From positions 3,264,001 to 3,328,000 of the forward strand of contig OZ242195.1 of the NCBI GenBank assembly GCA_965205975.1: a DNA stretch of 64,000 bases. Reading direction: 5' to 3'. A program made the translations under genes and the position numbers. This DNA is from Candidatus Latescibacterota bacterium (GTDB lineage Bacteria; Latescibacterota; UBA2968). The notes under the pieces are model-generated. The model ran no database searches. It was given only the letters and a program-made list of their open reading frames with translations, and was not told where the DNA came from. Below, in pieces: positions 38,183 through 50,218 of the stretch. The first letter of the stretch is position 1. Each line of letters opens with the position of its first letter.

Positions 38183-39121
38183 ATGCCAGAAGACAATGTC
38201 GTGGTCGATGACTTCATGCAATTGATCGGCGGCACGCCACTAATTCGCTTAAACAGTCTGGCGACATCCGACATGGCCGAAGTCGTCGTCAAAATGGAAT
38301 CCCTGAACCCGGCTCGCACGGTAAAAGACCGCATCGCCCTATCCATGATCGAAGCCGCAGAACGCGACGGACACTTAAAGCCCGGCATGACCATCGTCGA
38401 ACCGACCAGTGGCAACACGGGCATTGGTCTGGCAATGGTCGCAACCGCGCGCGGTTATCGCCTGATATTAACCATGCCCGACTCCATGAGCCGGGAACGA
38501 CGCGATCTGCTCGAAAGTTACGGCGCCGAACTGATATTAACCCCGGGCGACCTCGACATGCCCGGTGCTGTCGCAGAAGCCGAACGAATCGTAAACGAAT
38601 CACCCGAAACGACCTTTATGCCGCAACAATTCAACAACCCGGCCAACCCGGAAATACACCGCCAGACCACAGCCCGGGAAATATTAGAAGCCGTTGACGG
38701 CCACCTCGACGCCTTTGTCGCGGGCGTAGGCACGGGAGGAACCATCACAGGCGTGGGTGAAGTCTTAAAAGCCGAATTAGACCACGTACGCGTGATCGCC
38801 GTCGAACCCACCAAATCTCCGGTCCTATCGGGCGGAGAGCCAGCGCTACACGGCATCCAGGGCATCGGCGCGGGATTCGTACCCTCAGTACTCAACCGCG
38901 ATATTTTTGACGCACTAATATGCGTGCGCGACGAAGACGCCATCAAAACAGCTCGCAAACTGGGCCGCGAAGAAGGCATTTTGGCCGGCATATCCGCTGG
39001 GGCAAATGTATTCGCCGCCCTGCAAATCGCCCGCGACCTGGGCCCAGGCAAGCGGGTCGCAACGATAATCTGCGACTCGGGCGAGCGGTATTTCAGTGTA
39101 CCGGAGTTCTTACAAGCGTAG
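38183..39121 (+). CDS. cysK: Cysteine synthase A
   Basis: TVKDRIA PLP lysine, EPTSGNTG, GVGTGGT, IQGIGAG. Confidence 0.95.
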   Translation: MPEDNVVVDDFMQLIGGTPLIRLNSLATSDMAEVVVKMESLNPARTVKDRIALSMIEAAERDGHLKPGMTIVEPTSGNTGIGLAMVATARGYRLILTMPDSMSRERRDLLESYGAELILTPGDLDMPGAVAEAERIVNESPETTFMPQQFNNPANPEIHRQTTAREILEAVDGHLDAFVAGVGTGGTITGVGEVLKAELDHVRVIAVEPTKSPVLSGGEPALHGIQGIGAGFVPSVLNRDIFDALICVRDEDAIKTARKLGREEGILAGISAGANVFAALQIARDLGPGKRVATIICDSGERYFSVPEFLQA

Positions 39122-39298
39122 TTCGGATACTTTTTGAATAGCCACAGAAAGCACAAAATCACAGAAAGTATGGATTGCATGCCCTGCTTAATTTGCTGCC
39201 TGAACGGTGTGTATGGGTAAAAGATGCTTCGGCTCCGTTGCACTCCGCTCAGCATGACAAAAACCCAGAATCCCCTACAAACTATATAGGAGACCCTC

Positions 39299-40345
39299 AT
39301 GAGCAATATCCCCAATTACTTGAAAAATTACGCCGACCTTTACGCCGACAATCCGCGTGCTGCTGCACTACAGTGGTTCCGAGAGGCGCATTACGGTTTA
39401 TTTTTGCACTATGGACTGTACTCTCTAATAGGGCGACACGAATGGGTGCAACTGCGAGAACTCATACCCGTTGCCGAATATGAAAAACTCATCGACGACT
39501 TCACCGCTGAAAACTTCGATGCTGAGCGCATTGCACAATTTGCCGTTGACTGCGGGATGAAATACATCAACATCACCACGCGGCATCACGACTCATTCTG
39601 TTTATTCGACACAGCGGAAACGGACTTTAACAGCACCAATGCCCCAGCGGGCCGAGATCTAATCAAAGAACTCGCCGAAGCGTGTGACCGACACGCACTC
39701 GGATTGTGTTTGTACTACTCCCACGGACGCGATTGGAAACATCCACATGCCCCCAACAACGACGAATGGGGAGGACAGGCAAGACCCAAATACGACCCGC
39801 CCGAACCGAGCTATGCCACTGGCTCCGCGCACAACTTGCAAATATATCTCGACTTCATGCAGGCGCAAATCACAGAACTGCTCACAAATTACGGACCCGT
39901 AGCCGCAATCTGGCTGGACGGGGTTGCCGTTCCCAACAACGGCGACAAAGCAAAATTTAAGAGTCAGGAACTCTACGACTATATCCACAGCGTACAACCG
40001 CAAGTGCTGGTATCCTACAAACAGGGCTTGCTGGGCACCGAAGACTTTCAGGCACCTGAACATCAAGCCGTAGAACAGGCAAATAAACCCATGGAAATCT
40101 GCACAACAATGTGTTCTGGACCAGGGGGGAAAGGCGTATCCTGGGGCTATCTCGCCGAAGGGGGCCATCACAAAAATGAGAAAGAAGTTTGGAAGGCACT
40201 AACAGCAGCGCGGGAAAGCGATTGCAATCTATTGTTAAATACCGGTCCCCTGCCCGATGGATCACTCGATGAAAAAGATGTACCAGTACTGCTCGCAGTG
40301 GGCGAACGCATTCGAAAAGAGGGATTTCCTGGAGAAGGAGCCTGA
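39299..40345 (+). CDS. Alpha-L-fucosidase, GH29
   Basis: YGLFLHYGLYS, TTRHHDSFCLF, IWLDG, NLLLNTGP. Confidence 0.88.
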   Translation: MSNIPNYLKNYADLYADNPRAAALQWFREAHYGLFLHYGLYSLIGRHEWVQLRELIPVAEYEKLIDDFTAENFDAERIAQFAVDCGMKYINITTRHHDSFCLFDTAETDFNSTNAPAGRDLIKELAEACDRHALGLCLYYSHGRDWKHPHAPNNDEWGGQARPKYDPPEPSYATGSAHNLQIYLDFMQAQITELLTNYGPVAAIWLDGVAVPNNGDKAKFKSQELYDYIHSVQPQVLVSYKQGLLGTEDFQAPEHQAVEQANKPMEICTTMCSGPGGKGVSWGYLAEGGHHKNEKEVWKALTAARESDCNLLLNTGPLPDGSLDEKDVPVLLAVGERIRKEGFPGEGA

Positions 40346-40351
40346 TTTATT

Positions 40352-42307
40352 GTGTCAATTCGCGCTACCGACATACAGGAACCCCAACCCCTGACACAGC
40401 GATCGCCCTGGTGGGCAATTGCACTGGCCGTATTGATCACCGTATCAATCAACGCAATCATCCCCTATACCCATCATTACATGCACACCATATCACTGGT
40501 CGAAGGCATGATACCGATGGGTATTTTTATGCCATTTCTGGTACTGATCTTTATCGTAAATCCCGTGCTACGCGCCCTGGGATATGCATTACAACCCTGG
40601 GAATTGATCTTCATTTTTGCGGTAGGCTACGTGAGCATGTCCATCAATGAACTGCTCGGGCGCGTACTGGCAACCTATGCCGTAATGCACTACATGGCAA
40701 CGCCGGAAAACCTCTGGGAAGAATACGTCTTTGGCCTCGTCCAACCCTATCTCGTAGTCGAAGATGCCAAAGATCAATTGGCCTGGTTTTACGAGGGCCT
40801 GCCTCGCAACGCAACGATCCCCTGGGCAATCTGGATACGCCCCACATTCTGGTGGCTGAGCTTTATCGCCGCGCTCGGCCTGGGATCAGTCGCACTGGCG
40901 ACAATTTTGCGCCGACAATGGGTCGAGCAAGAGCGGTTGCCATTTCCATTTGCACAAGTCGCCGAAGAACTCGCCGAGACAGCGGGACCAAAGGGATTTC
41001 CCGAATACATGAAACAGCCGTTATTCTGGGCTGGCTTCTCCATTCCCGCAGTTATCGTCCTGTGGTACATCATCGGCTACTTTGACCCCAGCTTCCCCGT
41101 GATTACCATAGGGATCCAGAATTACACAATCTCATTGGGAAGATATGTGCCCTACCTGCACGGACGACTCAACTTTTTAATTATCGGATTTGCGTACTTT
41201 ACCGATCTACAGGTCTTATTTTCAATCTGGGTATTCTGGGTACTCACCTGGCTTCAAATAGGGATGACCAACCGGCTGGGCCTGGCAGAGGGCCTCGGCG
41301 AATTCGCCGGCACGCGACAGCAAGCACTGGGGGGATTTATCGTATTTTGTCTGTGGGGATTGTGGATTGCGCGAACCCACATAAAGGCGGTCTTTCAACA
41401 GGCATTTCGCCAGACAAAAAATATGGATGACCAGAACGAATTGATGTCCTACCGCACTGCGGTTACCACATTTCTCGCCTGTGCTCTATTTGCCATGTTC
41501 TGGTTATTCAAAGGAGGGATGACACCGTTTTGGGCAGTATTGGTCACGATATTCTGGTTTGTTTTCTACACCGGATTTGCCAAAATCGTAGCAATGACCG
41601 GACTCGTATTTCTGGAATCGCCCAGCAGCCTGGGCACGGGCATAATGGGATTCGCACCGCCCGATTCACTATCGCCAAACACAATTGCCATGCGGCAACA
41701 AGTGGGCAGCATGTATCAAAACGGCAAAAGCTTCACCATGCCCGCTGCCGCCCATGCCGCCCGATTGAGCATCAACCTGGGCAATCGGGCACGCGTACTG
41801 GGTTTGACCATCGCATTGGCATTTGTGTTCTCGCTCATCGCCGCCGCTGCATCGACAATTTATCTGGGCTATACCGACGGCGCATTTAATTTTGGCTCGT
41901 ACATGTTCCGGGTTGCCGCACCGCGTTATTACGACGGCATAGTATCATCCATCCGCGATATAGGCAAAGAGACCCATTACGGTCTTCGGATGGCATTTAC
42001 CGCATTTGGCGCGCTGACAATGGGTGTCTTAACCCTCTGCCAATACCGATTCACCTGGTGGCCTCTCCATCCCATCGGTTTTACAGTCGTAACCTTTTAT
42101 TCGGCGCGCACCGCCATCTTGTCCGTATTTCTCACCTGGCTGATTAAATTTATTATATTCCGCCTGGGAGGAATCGCGCTGTATCGCAGGGCAAAACCCT
42201 TTTTCATCGGCATGATTGTGGGATACACCCTATCGCTCATTGTGAGCATGAGCGTCGATCTTTTATGGTTCCCCGGGCAAGGACATAATCTGTATTGGGG
42301 AGATTAA
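40352..42307 (+). CDS. Multi-pass membrane protein, DUF6785/DUF6784-like putative transporter
   Basis: RQWVEQERLPFP and WWPLHPIG motifs; many TM helices. Confidence 0.75.
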   Translation: MSIRATDIQEPQPLTQRSPWWAIALAVLITVSINAIIPYTHHYMHTISLVEGMIPMGIFMPFLVLIFIVNPVLRALGYALQPWELIFIFAVGYVSMSINELLGRVLATYAVMHYMATPENLWEEYVFGLVQPYLVVEDAKDQLAWFYEGLPRNATIPWAIWIRPTFWWLSFIAALGLGSVALATILRRQWVEQERLPFPFAQVAEELAETAGPKGFPEYMKQPLFWAGFSIPAVIVLWYIIGYFDPSFPVITIGIQNYTISLGRYVPYLHGRLNFLIIGFAYFTDLQVLFSIWVFWVLTWLQIGMTNRLGLAEGLGEFAGTRQQALGGFIVFCLWGLWIARTHIKAVFQQAFRQTKNMDDQNELMSYRTAVTTFLACALFAMFWLFKGGMTPFWAVLVTIFWFVFYTGFAKIVAMTGLVFLESPSSLGTGIMGFAPPDSLSPNTIAMRQQVGSMYQNGKSFTMPAAAHAARLSINLGNRARVLGLTIALAFVFSLIAAAASTIYLGYTDGAFNFGSYMFRVAAPRYYDGIVSSIRDIGKETHYGLRMAFTAFGALTMGVLTLCQYRFTWWPLHPIGFTVVTFYSARTAILSVFLTWLIKFIIFRLGGIALYRRAKPFFIGMIVGYTLSLIVSMSVDLLWFPGQGHNLYWGD

Positions 42308-42363
42308 AGACCCCTCAGCGGTCAGCCCGCAATGACGGGCGAGGCATGCCTCGCCCCTACACA

Positions 42364-42876
42364 TCAGCGTTCATCAGCGGATCCCACTTCAAACACCTGC
42401 GACACCCAATCGGATAATCGGGTATTGAGCGGTCTTAACATCACAAGTGCATCTTCGCGGGGATCTGTATAATACGCTTTTCTGATCGCTATAGTCTCAA
42501 ACCCCATCTTCTTATAGAGATCAATCGCAGCACAATTGGACATACGCACTTCCAAAGATACCACGCGCGCCTTTTCCTCCAACAGATCAAACACAGTTTT
42601 CAGCGTTCTTCTTCCCAACCCCTTATGTTGAAAATCAGGCGCAATAGCGAAATTCGCCAGATAAAACTCCCGATCAATCAAAAAACCCACGACATAGCCC
42701 ACAATCTCGCACCCGACCGTAACCACCCGGCAAAAACCGTTTTGGCGATTCCGCGCAAACTCAAAATCGCGGCGTTTCCACGGCGCGAGAAAAACAGCCC
42801 TTTCAATTTTTATAACCCGGTCGAAATGCGAAGGGTTCATCTCCACCAACACGGGTGTCATCGAATTACCCATCAC
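42364..42876 (-). CDS. rimI: RimI-like GNAT N-acetyltransferase
   Basis: NFAIAPDFQHKGLG, LEVRMSN, YYTDPREDALVM. Confidence 0.9.
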   Translation of the reverse strand: MMGNSMTPVLVEMNPSHFDRVIKIERAVFLAPWKRRDFEFARNRQNGFCRVVTVGCEIVGYVVGFLIDREFYLANFAIAPDFQHKGLGRRTLKTVFDLLEEKARVVSLEVRMSNCAAIDLYKKMGFETIAIRKAYYTDPREDALVMLRPLNTRLSDWVSQVFEVGSADER

Positions 42877-43564
42877 CAGTCAAACGCGCTTCCCGCACGC
42901 GCTCTGCTTGTGTTCGCCGCAAATAAAAAGGCTCTGCCGTCTCCGCATCATCCACCTCTCCTCGTTCGCAACGCGCCTGCCCCAGCAGCGCAACAGCCCC
43001 AGCAGTGGGGCGACCCAGAGTGGCAAAATACGCATCTCGTCCCAACGCATCGACAATAACATCGCGATAAGCCTCTGCCCCATCTCCCACCACAGTCACG
43101 GGACGCGGCAGATGCGTGACCCAATTGGAAACCGCATCTGCACGATCGGGTATTCTCGAAATCGGATCCCCCGCAACGAGATCATATACCCCCGCATACA
43201 CATCGCCTCGCCGAGCATCCAGCATCGGGCAAACGGGCACCCCCTCTACCCCTGCCCCAAAAGCCATGCCAGCAAGGGTTGACACGCGCACAAACACAAG
43301 ATCAGCACCGCGACACAACCCCTTTGCCAGACCCATACCGATACGCAACCCCGTAAACGAACCGGGACCAGCAGCCACAGCCACGCCATCCAGGTCGCCA
43401 ACGCTTAAACTCGCCTCTCGCAACACCATCTCAACCATCGGCTGCAACCGTTCCGAATGATGCGATCCCAATTCCAACGTGTATTCCACAACCACGCGGG
43501 TATCGCAGGCCAAAGCCACACTGCATACCGCTGTTGAAGTCTCAATACCCAAAAAAAATTTCAA
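42866..43564 (-). CDS. tsaB: tRNA t6A biosynthesis protein TsaB
   Basis: LGIETS, GPGSFTGLRIG, DARRGDVY; start uncertain (43564 or 43579). Confidence 0.93.
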   Translation of the reverse strand: MKFFLGIETSTAVCSVALACDTRVVVEYTLELGSHHSERLQPMVEMVLREASLSVGDLDGVAVAAGPGSFTGLRIGMGLAKGLCRGADLVFVRVSTLAGMAFGAGVEGVPVCPMLDARRGDVYAGVYDLVAGDPISRIPDRADAVSNWVTHLPRPVTVVGDGAEAYRDVIVDALGRDAYFATLGRPTAGAVALLGQARCERGEVDDAETAEPFYLRRTQAERVREARLTGDG

Positions 43565-43575
43565 CTTACAATACC

Positions 43576-44601
43576 TCAAAACAACGTACTTTGCGACTCA
43601 TCTTCGGGTGGCGTCTTCCCCAAATGCAAATACGCCCGCGCCGTGGCTTGTCGCCCCCGAGGCGTGCGCACCAGCAACCCCTCCTGAATCAGATAGGGTT
43701 CATACACTTCCTCGAGCGTATCCATCTCCTCACTCAGCGCAGCACCCAGATTATTCAAACCAACGGGACCCCCATCGAATTTGTCGATCAGCGTTTCCAA
43801 CAATCGGCGATCCATTTCATCCAACCCCTTTGCATCCACCCCCAATAATGCCAGTGCCTTAACCGCAACTTCTTCTGTAATCACGCCATCGGCGCGCGCC
43901 TGTGCATAATCGCGAGACCGCGACAACTGACGCCCGGCAATGCGCGCTGTTCCCCGCGATCTGTGGGCAATCACATGCGCGGCATCCTCTTCAATCTCAA
44001 TACCCAAAATACGCGCCGCCCTCATTACAATGGCCTGCAACTCTTCCGGAGCGTAAAAATCCAGCCGCTCCATCAACCCAAAGCGCGATCGCATCGGTGC
44101 CGTAAGCAGTCCCAATCGCGTTGTTGCGCCCACCATAGTAAAAGGTTCAAGCGGAATTTGATACGACCTGGCACTCGGCCCGCTATCGATCATAATATCC
44201 AGCGTAAAATCCTCCATTGCCGAATACAAATGTTCTTCTACCACCCGATTCATACGATGGATCTCGTCGATAAACAGCACATCGCGCTCATTCAAATTCG
44301 TCAAAATCCCCGCCAGATCAGCCGGGCGCTCAAGTACCGGTCCCGATGTCACATGAATTTCAACCTCAAGCTCGTGCGCTATCACATAAGCCATCGTCGT
44401 TTTGCCCAGACCGGGAGGCCCGTGCAACAAAATATGATCCATAGCCTCATTGCGATGACGCGCAGCCTCCACAGCAATACGCAAATTCGTCTTCGCCTTT
44501 TCTTGCCCGACCATATCGTCAAATCGAATTGGACGAATCCGTTGATCGCGCTCAAATTCGTCGCCATCCTGAAATTCGGGATCGGTAAATCGTTCATCCA
44601 T
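43576..44601 (-). CDS. ruvB: Holliday junction helicase RuvB
   Basis: [25 protein letters not shown]. Confidence 0.97.
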   Translation of the reverse strand: MDERFTDPEFQDGDEFERDQRIRPIRFDDMVGQEKAKTNLRIAVEAARHRNEAMDHILLHGPPGLGKTTMAYVIAHELEVEIHVTSGPVLERPADLAGILTNLNERDVLFIDEIHRMNRVVEEHLYSAMEDFTLDIMIDSGPSARSYQIPLEPFTMVGATTRLGLLTAPMRSRFGLMERLDFYAPEELQAIVMRAARILGIEIEEDAAHVIAHRSRGTARIAGRQLSRSRDYAQARADGVITEEVAVKALALLGVDAKGLDEMDRRLLETLIDKFDGGPVGLNNLGAALSEEMDTLEEVYEPYLIQEGLLVRTPRGRQATARAYLHLGKTPPEDESQSTLF

Positions 44602-44619
44602 AAAATAGCCTTATGACCG

Positions 44620-45216
44620 CTAAATACTCCTCAATGCCCGCTTAATCACTTCCTCAATCGGCGCATCGTCGCCCATCTCCTGCAGAACCGTCGCAACAAC
44701 TTTGCGCGCCTGTACCGGATTTGCGCCCAAACCCGATAGAGCAGCAGCGGCTTCGTCTAATACATCGGGATCTGCATGCCCCACGGCATCGGAAGTAAAA
44801 TCTTCTGGCGCAATATCGCCAATCTTATCCTTCATTTCCAGCACCAGACGCTGAGCGAGTTTTTGACCAATGCCTTTAATACGCGTCAATCCTTTGGCAT
44901 CTTCTGCGGCAACCAACCGCCTGAAATCCGCAATGGGAATACCGGACAAAATTTTCAATGCCATCGGTGGTCCAATACCCGAAACCGCAATCAGGCGCTC
45001 AAACAAATCGCGCTCGGACACTGAGGCAAATCCGTAAAGCGTCATCGCGTCTTCCCTCACATAGAGATGCGTGAGAATATTGACGCGCCCATCCTCAACC
45101 AAAAGCGATTCATAGCTCGACAGCGAAATATTGACGTGATACCCCACGCCCTGAACATCAACTATGACATGGGTCGGGTGTTTTTCGACCAGTCGCCCTT
45201 CTAAAAATGCAATCAT
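44620..45216 (-). CDS. ruvA: Holliday junction protein RuvA
   Basis: DVQGVGY, VREDAMTLYGF, VSGIGP. Confidence 0.96.
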   Translation of the reverse strand: MIAFLEGRLVEKHPTHVIVDVQGVGYHVNISLSSYESLLVEDGRVNILTHLYVREDAMTLYGFASVSERDLFERLIAVSGIGPPMALKILSGIPIADFRRLVAAEDAKGLTRIKGIGQKLAQRLVLEMKDKIGDIAPEDFTSDAVGHADPDVLDEAAAALSGLGANPVQARKVVATVLQEMGDDAPIEEVIKRALRSI

Positions 45217-45220
45217 TGTA

Positions 45221-45853
45221 TCATCTTTCCCTTCGATTCAATCGCCGCCGCGACTTCGCACTCACGCCGATTTCTTTGAGTTTCTCATCAAATCGACTCT
45301 GTTCTTTACCGCCCCGTTTCAACGCCTCAATTTTCTCTGCCAGTTTATTGTCCCGTTTTCCAGGCCCACGCGCAGCAACCTTCTGATGCGCGTGGCACAG
45401 AGCAATCGCCACGGCATCTGTCGCATCAAAACCCTGCCCCACTGCCTCTTTCCCCAACAATCGCTGGATCATAAATTGCACCTGTTCTTTGGATGCACCG
45501 CCACGGCCCACAACGGCTCTTTTCACCTCGCGGGGCGAGTACTCAAAAATGGGCAGATCGGAATTGGCCAGCGCCGTCACAATAGCCCCACGCGCCTGAC
45601 ACAACTTAATCAGCGATTGCGTATTGGCACCGTAAAAAACAGATTCAAGCGCGACTTCATGCGGACCTGCATCCGCGACCAGCGCGAGCAAGTGATCGTA
45701 GATATAGAGCAAGCGCTGGGGAAAAGACAATTTATTACCGGGCCGAATACAGCCGCATTTCAGCAACCGATTTTTCCGATTCTGGTGCTCAACCAGACCA
45801 AAACCGGTTACCACACTACCCGGATCAATACCCAGAATGATCACGCGAGCCAC
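45221..45853 (-). CDS. ruvC: Holliday junction resolvase RuvC with C-terminal extension
   Basis: ILGIDPG, ASKEQV, DATDAVAIALCH. Confidence 0.95.
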   Translation of the reverse strand: MARVIILGIDPGSVVTGFGLVEHQNRKNRLLKCGCIRPGNKLSFPQRLLYIYDHLLALVADAGPHEVALESVFYGANTQSLIKLCQARGAIVTALANSDLPIFEYSPREVKRAVVGRGGASKEQVQFMIQRLLGKEAVGQGFDATDAVAIALCHAHQKVAARGPGKRDNKLAEKIEALKRGGKEQSRFDEKLKEIGVSAKSRRRLNRRER

Positions 45854-45895
45854 CTTTTGAAGTGTGAAGTAGGAAGGGGGAAGGGGGAGGGGAAA

Positions 45896-46645
45896 TCAAG
45901 CTGTCAGGGCTGATAGTTCACTATCGTCAATCTCAAAATTGGCATATACCCGCTGCACATCGTCATTGTCTTCGAGCATTTCCATCAAGGCCAACAATTG
46001 CTGCGCGATTTTGCCTTCAATGGGCACAGTACTTTGCGGAACGCGCGTCAATTCAGCGCGTTCAATCTCAATACCCGCATCTTCAACCGCCTTGCGAACG
46101 CTTTCAAAATCCGGCAGGGATGCATAAACTTCATAGACATTCTCTTCTTCTGCAATATCCTCGGCACCGGCATCCAACGCCACCAGCATTATCTCTTCTT
46201 CTTCCACACCCTCTTTGGGCACCGAAATCAGGCCCTTTTGCTCAAACACCCATGCCACGGCACCACTTTCGGCCATACTGCCATTGTATTTGCCAAACAA
46301 ATGCCGCACTTCAGATACCGTGCGATTGCGATTATCCGTCAGAGTTTCAACAAACACGGCCACACCCCCCGGTCCGTAGCCCTCGTAAATCGCACCTTCA
46401 TAAGATTCGCCTTCAAGCTCTCCTGTACCCTTTTTAATCGCGCGCTCAATATTGACCATAGGCATATTTTCCGCCTTCGCACTCAGAACAGCCGCACGCA
46501 GACGGGGGTTATTCGCCTCATCGCCGCCACCCTCGCGGGCAGCCACGGTAATCTCTCGAATCAATTTGGTAAACGCCTTGCCTCGAGCCGCGTCCTGACG
46601 GCCCTTGCGATGCTTGATATTTGCCCATTTAGAATGTCCAGCCAT
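45896..46645 (-). CDS. yebC: YebC/PmpR-family protein
   Basis: [29 protein letters not shown]. Confidence 0.96.
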   Translation of the reverse strand: MAGHSKWANIKHRKGRQDAARGKAFTKLIREITVAAREGGGDEANNPRLRAAVLSAKAENMPMVNIERAIKKGTGELEGESYEGAIYEGYGPGGVAVFVETLTDNRNRTVSEVRHLFGKYNGSMAESGAVAWVFEQKGLISVPKEGVEEEEIMLVALDAGAEDIAEEENVYEVYASLPDFESVRKAVEDAGIEIERAELTRVPQSTVPIEGKIAQQLLALMEMLEDNDDVQRVYANFEIDDSELSALTA

Positions 46646-46730
46646 CCTGCCATACTCCTTTATTTATAGGTCTCCTGTTACCTTGATCCAAATGTAGTCA
46701 GAACCCCGCCATTGTGCAATAGGAAATGCG

Positions 46731-48158
46731 CTACTTACGAACTTGCAACATATCCATAAATTCCCACACAGGCATAGTATCTAAATCCGAACCTTCAAAC
46801 ACAGCCGACACATCTCGCACCTGGCGCATCTCAAACCGCGTACTCATATTTTCCACAAACTTTTCCACCAGCAAAGGCGCGGCCTCCTGCCGCCTTCTAC
46901 GATGCCCAATGGGATATTCCACCGTCACGGCCTCTGTCGCCGATCCATCTTTGAAAAACACCTGCACAGTATTGGCAATTGACCTCTTCTGCGGATCGTG
47001 ATAATCCCGCGTAAACCGCGCGTTTTCCGTCACCACCATCTTTTCTCTCAACAGATCAATACGCGCGTCCTCCGCGCGCGCCTCTTCATAGTCATCTGCA
47101 GTCAAAACGCCAAAAATCAGCCCTATCGCCACCATATATTGCAAGCAGTGATCTCGATCTGCCGGATTGTATAGCGGACCGGTCTTATCGATAATTTTTA
47201 CGGCAGCTTCGTGGGTCTCAATCACCACCCGCTCGACAGCATCCAAACGCGGTGCCACCTCATCGTGCAACGCAAACGCGGCTTCTACCGCTGTCTGTGC
47301 GTGAAATTCAGCGGGAAAAGACACCTTGAACAAAACGTTTTCCATCACATAAGAACCATACAAACGTTGAAACTGAAACCGGTCACCACTCCACAAGCGG
47401 TCGTAAAAACCCCATACAGGTGCAGACAGAGCCGTTGGATATCCCATCTCACCGCGCTTTGTTTGCAATGCCAAAAACACGCCACGCGCTGTCGCATCTC
47501 CCGCTGCCCAACTCTTGCGCGATCCCGTATTGGGTGCATGCCGATAGGTTCGCAAAGGCCCCAAATCGCACCATACCTGCGACAATGCGCTGACCACCTG
47601 CGCCTCATCACACCCCAACAGCCCAGCAGAAACCGCCGCGCTCGCCAACTTCACCAAAATTACATGGTCCAGTCCCCGAGCATTAAAACTGTTTTCCAGC
47701 GCCATCACGCCCTGAATCTCATGCGCTTTGATCATCGCCACAAACACATCCCGCATGACGAGTGTATCTCTCCCCTGTGCCCGTTGCGTGCGCGACAGCC
47801 AGTCCGACACCCCGAGAATTGCACCCAGGTTGTCCGAAGGATGGCCCCACTCCGCCGCCAACCACGTATCGTTAAAATCCAACCACCGCACCAGTGTCCC
47901 AATATTAAATGCAGCAGTCACCGGATCGAGTTCGTAACCTGTTCCCGGCACCCGCGCACCGTACGGCACAATTGTTCCCGGCACCACGGGACCGAGCATC
48001 TTCGTACACTCAGAAAACCGCAATGCCAACACCGCACACCCCAAACTATCCATCAGACACAATCGAGCCGTCTGAAAAGCCTCCGCGGAATTCACTTCAC
48101 AATCCAGCACGTACTGTGCGATAGTCACCAGTTCTCTATCCGGCGCCCGATCATCCAT
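46731..48158 (-). CDS. prpD: 2-methylcitrate dehydratase
   Basis: [30 protein letters not shown]; start 48158 after GAGGA. Confidence 0.95.
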   Translation of the reverse strand: MDDRAPDRELVTIAQYVLDCEVNSAEAFQTARLCLMDSLGCAVLALRFSECTKMLGPVVPGTIVPYGARVPGTGYELDPVTAAFNIGTLVRWLDFNDTWLAAEWGHPSDNLGAILGVSDWLSRTQRAQGRDTLVMRDVFVAMIKAHEIQGVMALENSFNARGLDHVILVKLASAAVSAGLLGCDEAQVVSALSQVWCDLGPLRTYRHAPNTGSRKSWAAGDATARGVFLALQTKRGEMGYPTALSAPVWGFYDRLWSGDRFQFQRLYGSYVMENVLFKVSFPAEFHAQTAVEAAFALHDEVAPRLDAVERVVIETHEAAVKIIDKTGPLYNPADRDHCLQYMVAIGLIFGVLTADDYEEARAEDARIDLLREKMVVTENARFTRDYHDPQKRSIANTVQVFFKDGSATEAVTVEYPIGHRRRRQEAAPLLVEKFVENMSTRFEMRQVRDVSAVFEGSDLDTMPVWEFMDMLQVRK

Positions 48159-48174
48159 GGCATTCCTCAAGCTA

Positions 48175-49272
48175 TCAGCCCCTTTCTTCCATCGGCACAT
48201 AATCTCGCGCCTCTACCCCCGTGTATTCCGCCAGAGGCCGAATCAGTCTATTATCCGCCCGCTGTTCCACCACATGAGCAGCCCAACCGCTGCAACGACT
48301 GAGCACAAATATGGGTGTGAAAAGCGCCGTCTCAATACCAGCCATATGATACGCTGTTGCCGAATAAAAATCCAGATTTGGAAACAACTTCTTTTCATCC
48401 CACATAACCCGCTCAATCGCTTCAGAAATCTCGTACAGACGCATATCGCCCATTGCTTCACTGACCTGACGTGCCCAATCTTTAATAATCGCATTGCGCG
48501 GATCCCGCACGCGATAAACCCCGTGCCCAAACCCCATAATCAATTCTCTGCGCGCCAGCATCTCTCGCACACCTGTTGCCGCGTCTTCGGGCGTCTCGAA
48601 CTGCTCGATCAATTCCATTGCTCGCTCATTCGCGCCTCCGTGCAAAGGCCCGCTCAAAGTGCCAATTGCCCCGGTAATACAGCCATAAAAATCGGCAAGC
48701 GTAGAAGCGCATACTCTCGCCGTAAATGTCGAGGCATTAAACTCGTGCTCGGCATATAAAATCAACGACGCATCCATCATCCGACGCGCCAAATCCGAAG
48801 GCGTATCCGCTTTGAGCATATGCAAGATATAAGTCGCATGATCATCCACATCCACATCCAAAACATCCGCACCTATATGCCAGATCCCCAGCATAGAGGG
48901 CAATGCACCTATAAGCCGCACAGCCACAGCATCCCCCAAATCCCGTTCTGGCTCGGCAATGCCAAGCGCCGATACACCGGTTCGCAAAACATCCATCGGA
49001 TGCGCATCTGAAGGCAGCGAACTCAGAACCCGCACAACCAGGTCTGGCAACTGTCGGTGCGCCCGCAACTGCATCTTCAACGCATCCAATTCCCTTTCAG
49101 TGGGCAATGCATCCCACAACAACAAATGCACAATTTCCTCAAAACAGGCAAATTGTGATAGGTCTTCAATAGCATAGCCCCGATAGTGCAAACCGTGACC
49201 TTCTGCGCCCACAGTACAAATCGACGTACTGCCAGCCTTAACCCCTCTCAAGCCTGTCGTCTGTTTGCTCAC
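48175..49272 (-). CDS. prpC: 2-methylcitrate synthase
   Basis: [31 protein letters not shown]; lies between prpB and prpD. Confidence 0.92.
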   Translation of the reverse strand: MSKQTTGLRGVKAGSTSICTVGAEGHGLHYRGYAIEDLSQFACFEEIVHLLLWDALPTERELDALKMQLRAHRQLPDLVVRVLSSLPSDAHPMDVLRTGVSALGIAEPERDLGDAVAVRLIGALPSMLGIWHIGADVLDVDVDDHATYILHMLKADTPSDLARRMMDASLILYAEHEFNASTFTARVCASTLADFYGCITGAIGTLSGPLHGGANERAMELIEQFETPEDAATGVREMLARRELIMGFGHGVYRVRDPRNAIIKDWARQVSEAMGDMRLYEISEAIERVMWDEKKLFPNLDFYSATAYHMAGIETALFTPIFVLSRCSGWAAHVVEQRADNRLIRPLAEYTGVEARDYVPMEERG

Positions 49273-49345
49273 AATATCCTCCTATCTAAAAAGGTCGTGA
49301 GCATTTTCACTCACGACCTTTTTACGCAAAATCTCCTCAGGCGAT

Positions 49346-50218
49346 TCACGCGCCATAAAGTCGATTGACCTGCGCCTCATACCTGTAATAATCCAGCAAT
49401 TCGTAGAGTTCTTCGCGCGTCTGCATCTCGTTTATCAACGCACCCTGCGCGCCCTGTGTCCGCAGCGTTTTATACGCCCGATAAGCAGCTGCATTCATCA
49501 TTCTAAACGCCGTGAGAGGATACAGCACCATGGCGACACCCGCACCTCTCATCTCGTCCAGACCAAACAGGGGCGTTTGTCCGAACTCGGTGAGATTCGC
49601 CAGTACAGGTACAGAGAGATTATGAGCAAAACTGCGGAAATCCTCCAGTGAACACAAGCTCTCTGCAAAAATCGCATCCGCACCGGCAGCAATGTACTTC
49701 TTGGCACGATTGAGGCCACACGCCAAACCCTCATTGACCACAGAATCCGTTCGCGCCATAATCACAAACTCGCTGTCTGAACGCGCGTCAACCGCTGCTT
49801 TGATTCGGTCGCACATCTCCTCGGCAGGTACCACCTGCTTTCCGGGGCGATGTCCACAGCGTTTTTGTAATACCTGGTCTTCAATGTGAACAGCGGCAAC
49901 GCCAATTTTTTCCAACGTCTTTACCGCGCGACCAATCGAAAAAGAAGTACCGCCAAACCCGGTATCAATGTCAACCAACAGCGGCAAATCCACCACATCT
50001 GTAATCCGCCGGGCATCCTCGACCACATTATCCAGCGTTGTAATGCCCAAATCGGGCAAACCATAAGAAGCAGCAGCCACGCCCGAACCGGAAAGATAAA
50101 GCACGCGAAATCCCGCTTGTTTTGCCATCAGCGCAGATATGGCATTGATGGTACCCGCAATCTGTAAGGGTCGTTCTGCGTCCAGTGCCGCCCTGAACCT
50201 GCGCCCGGCTGACATCAT
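49346..50218 (-). CDS. prpB: 2-methylisocitrate lyase
   Basis: KRCGHRP motif, DIDTGFG, IMARTD. Confidence 0.95.
   Translation of the reverse strand: MMSAGRRFRAALDAERPLQIAGTINAISALMAKQAGFRVLYLSGSGVAAASYGLPDLGITTLDNVVEDARRITDVVDLPLLVDIDTGFGGTSFSIGRAVKTLEKIGVAAVHIEDQVLQKRCGHRPGKQVVPAEEMCDRIKAAVDARSDSEFVIMARTDSVVNEGLACGLNRAKKYIAAGADAIFAESLCSLEDFRSFAHNLSVPVLANLTEFGQTPLFGLDEMRGAGVAMVLYPLTAFRMMNAAAYRAYKTLRTQGAQGALINEMQTREELYELLDYYRYEAQVNRLYGA

Noticed and set aside
1559..48302. Long antisense ORFs such as 1559..2689, 15574..16542, 32224..33276 and 47211..48302
   Set aside because: They are shadow frames opposite well-supported conserved genes and have no recognisable motifs.
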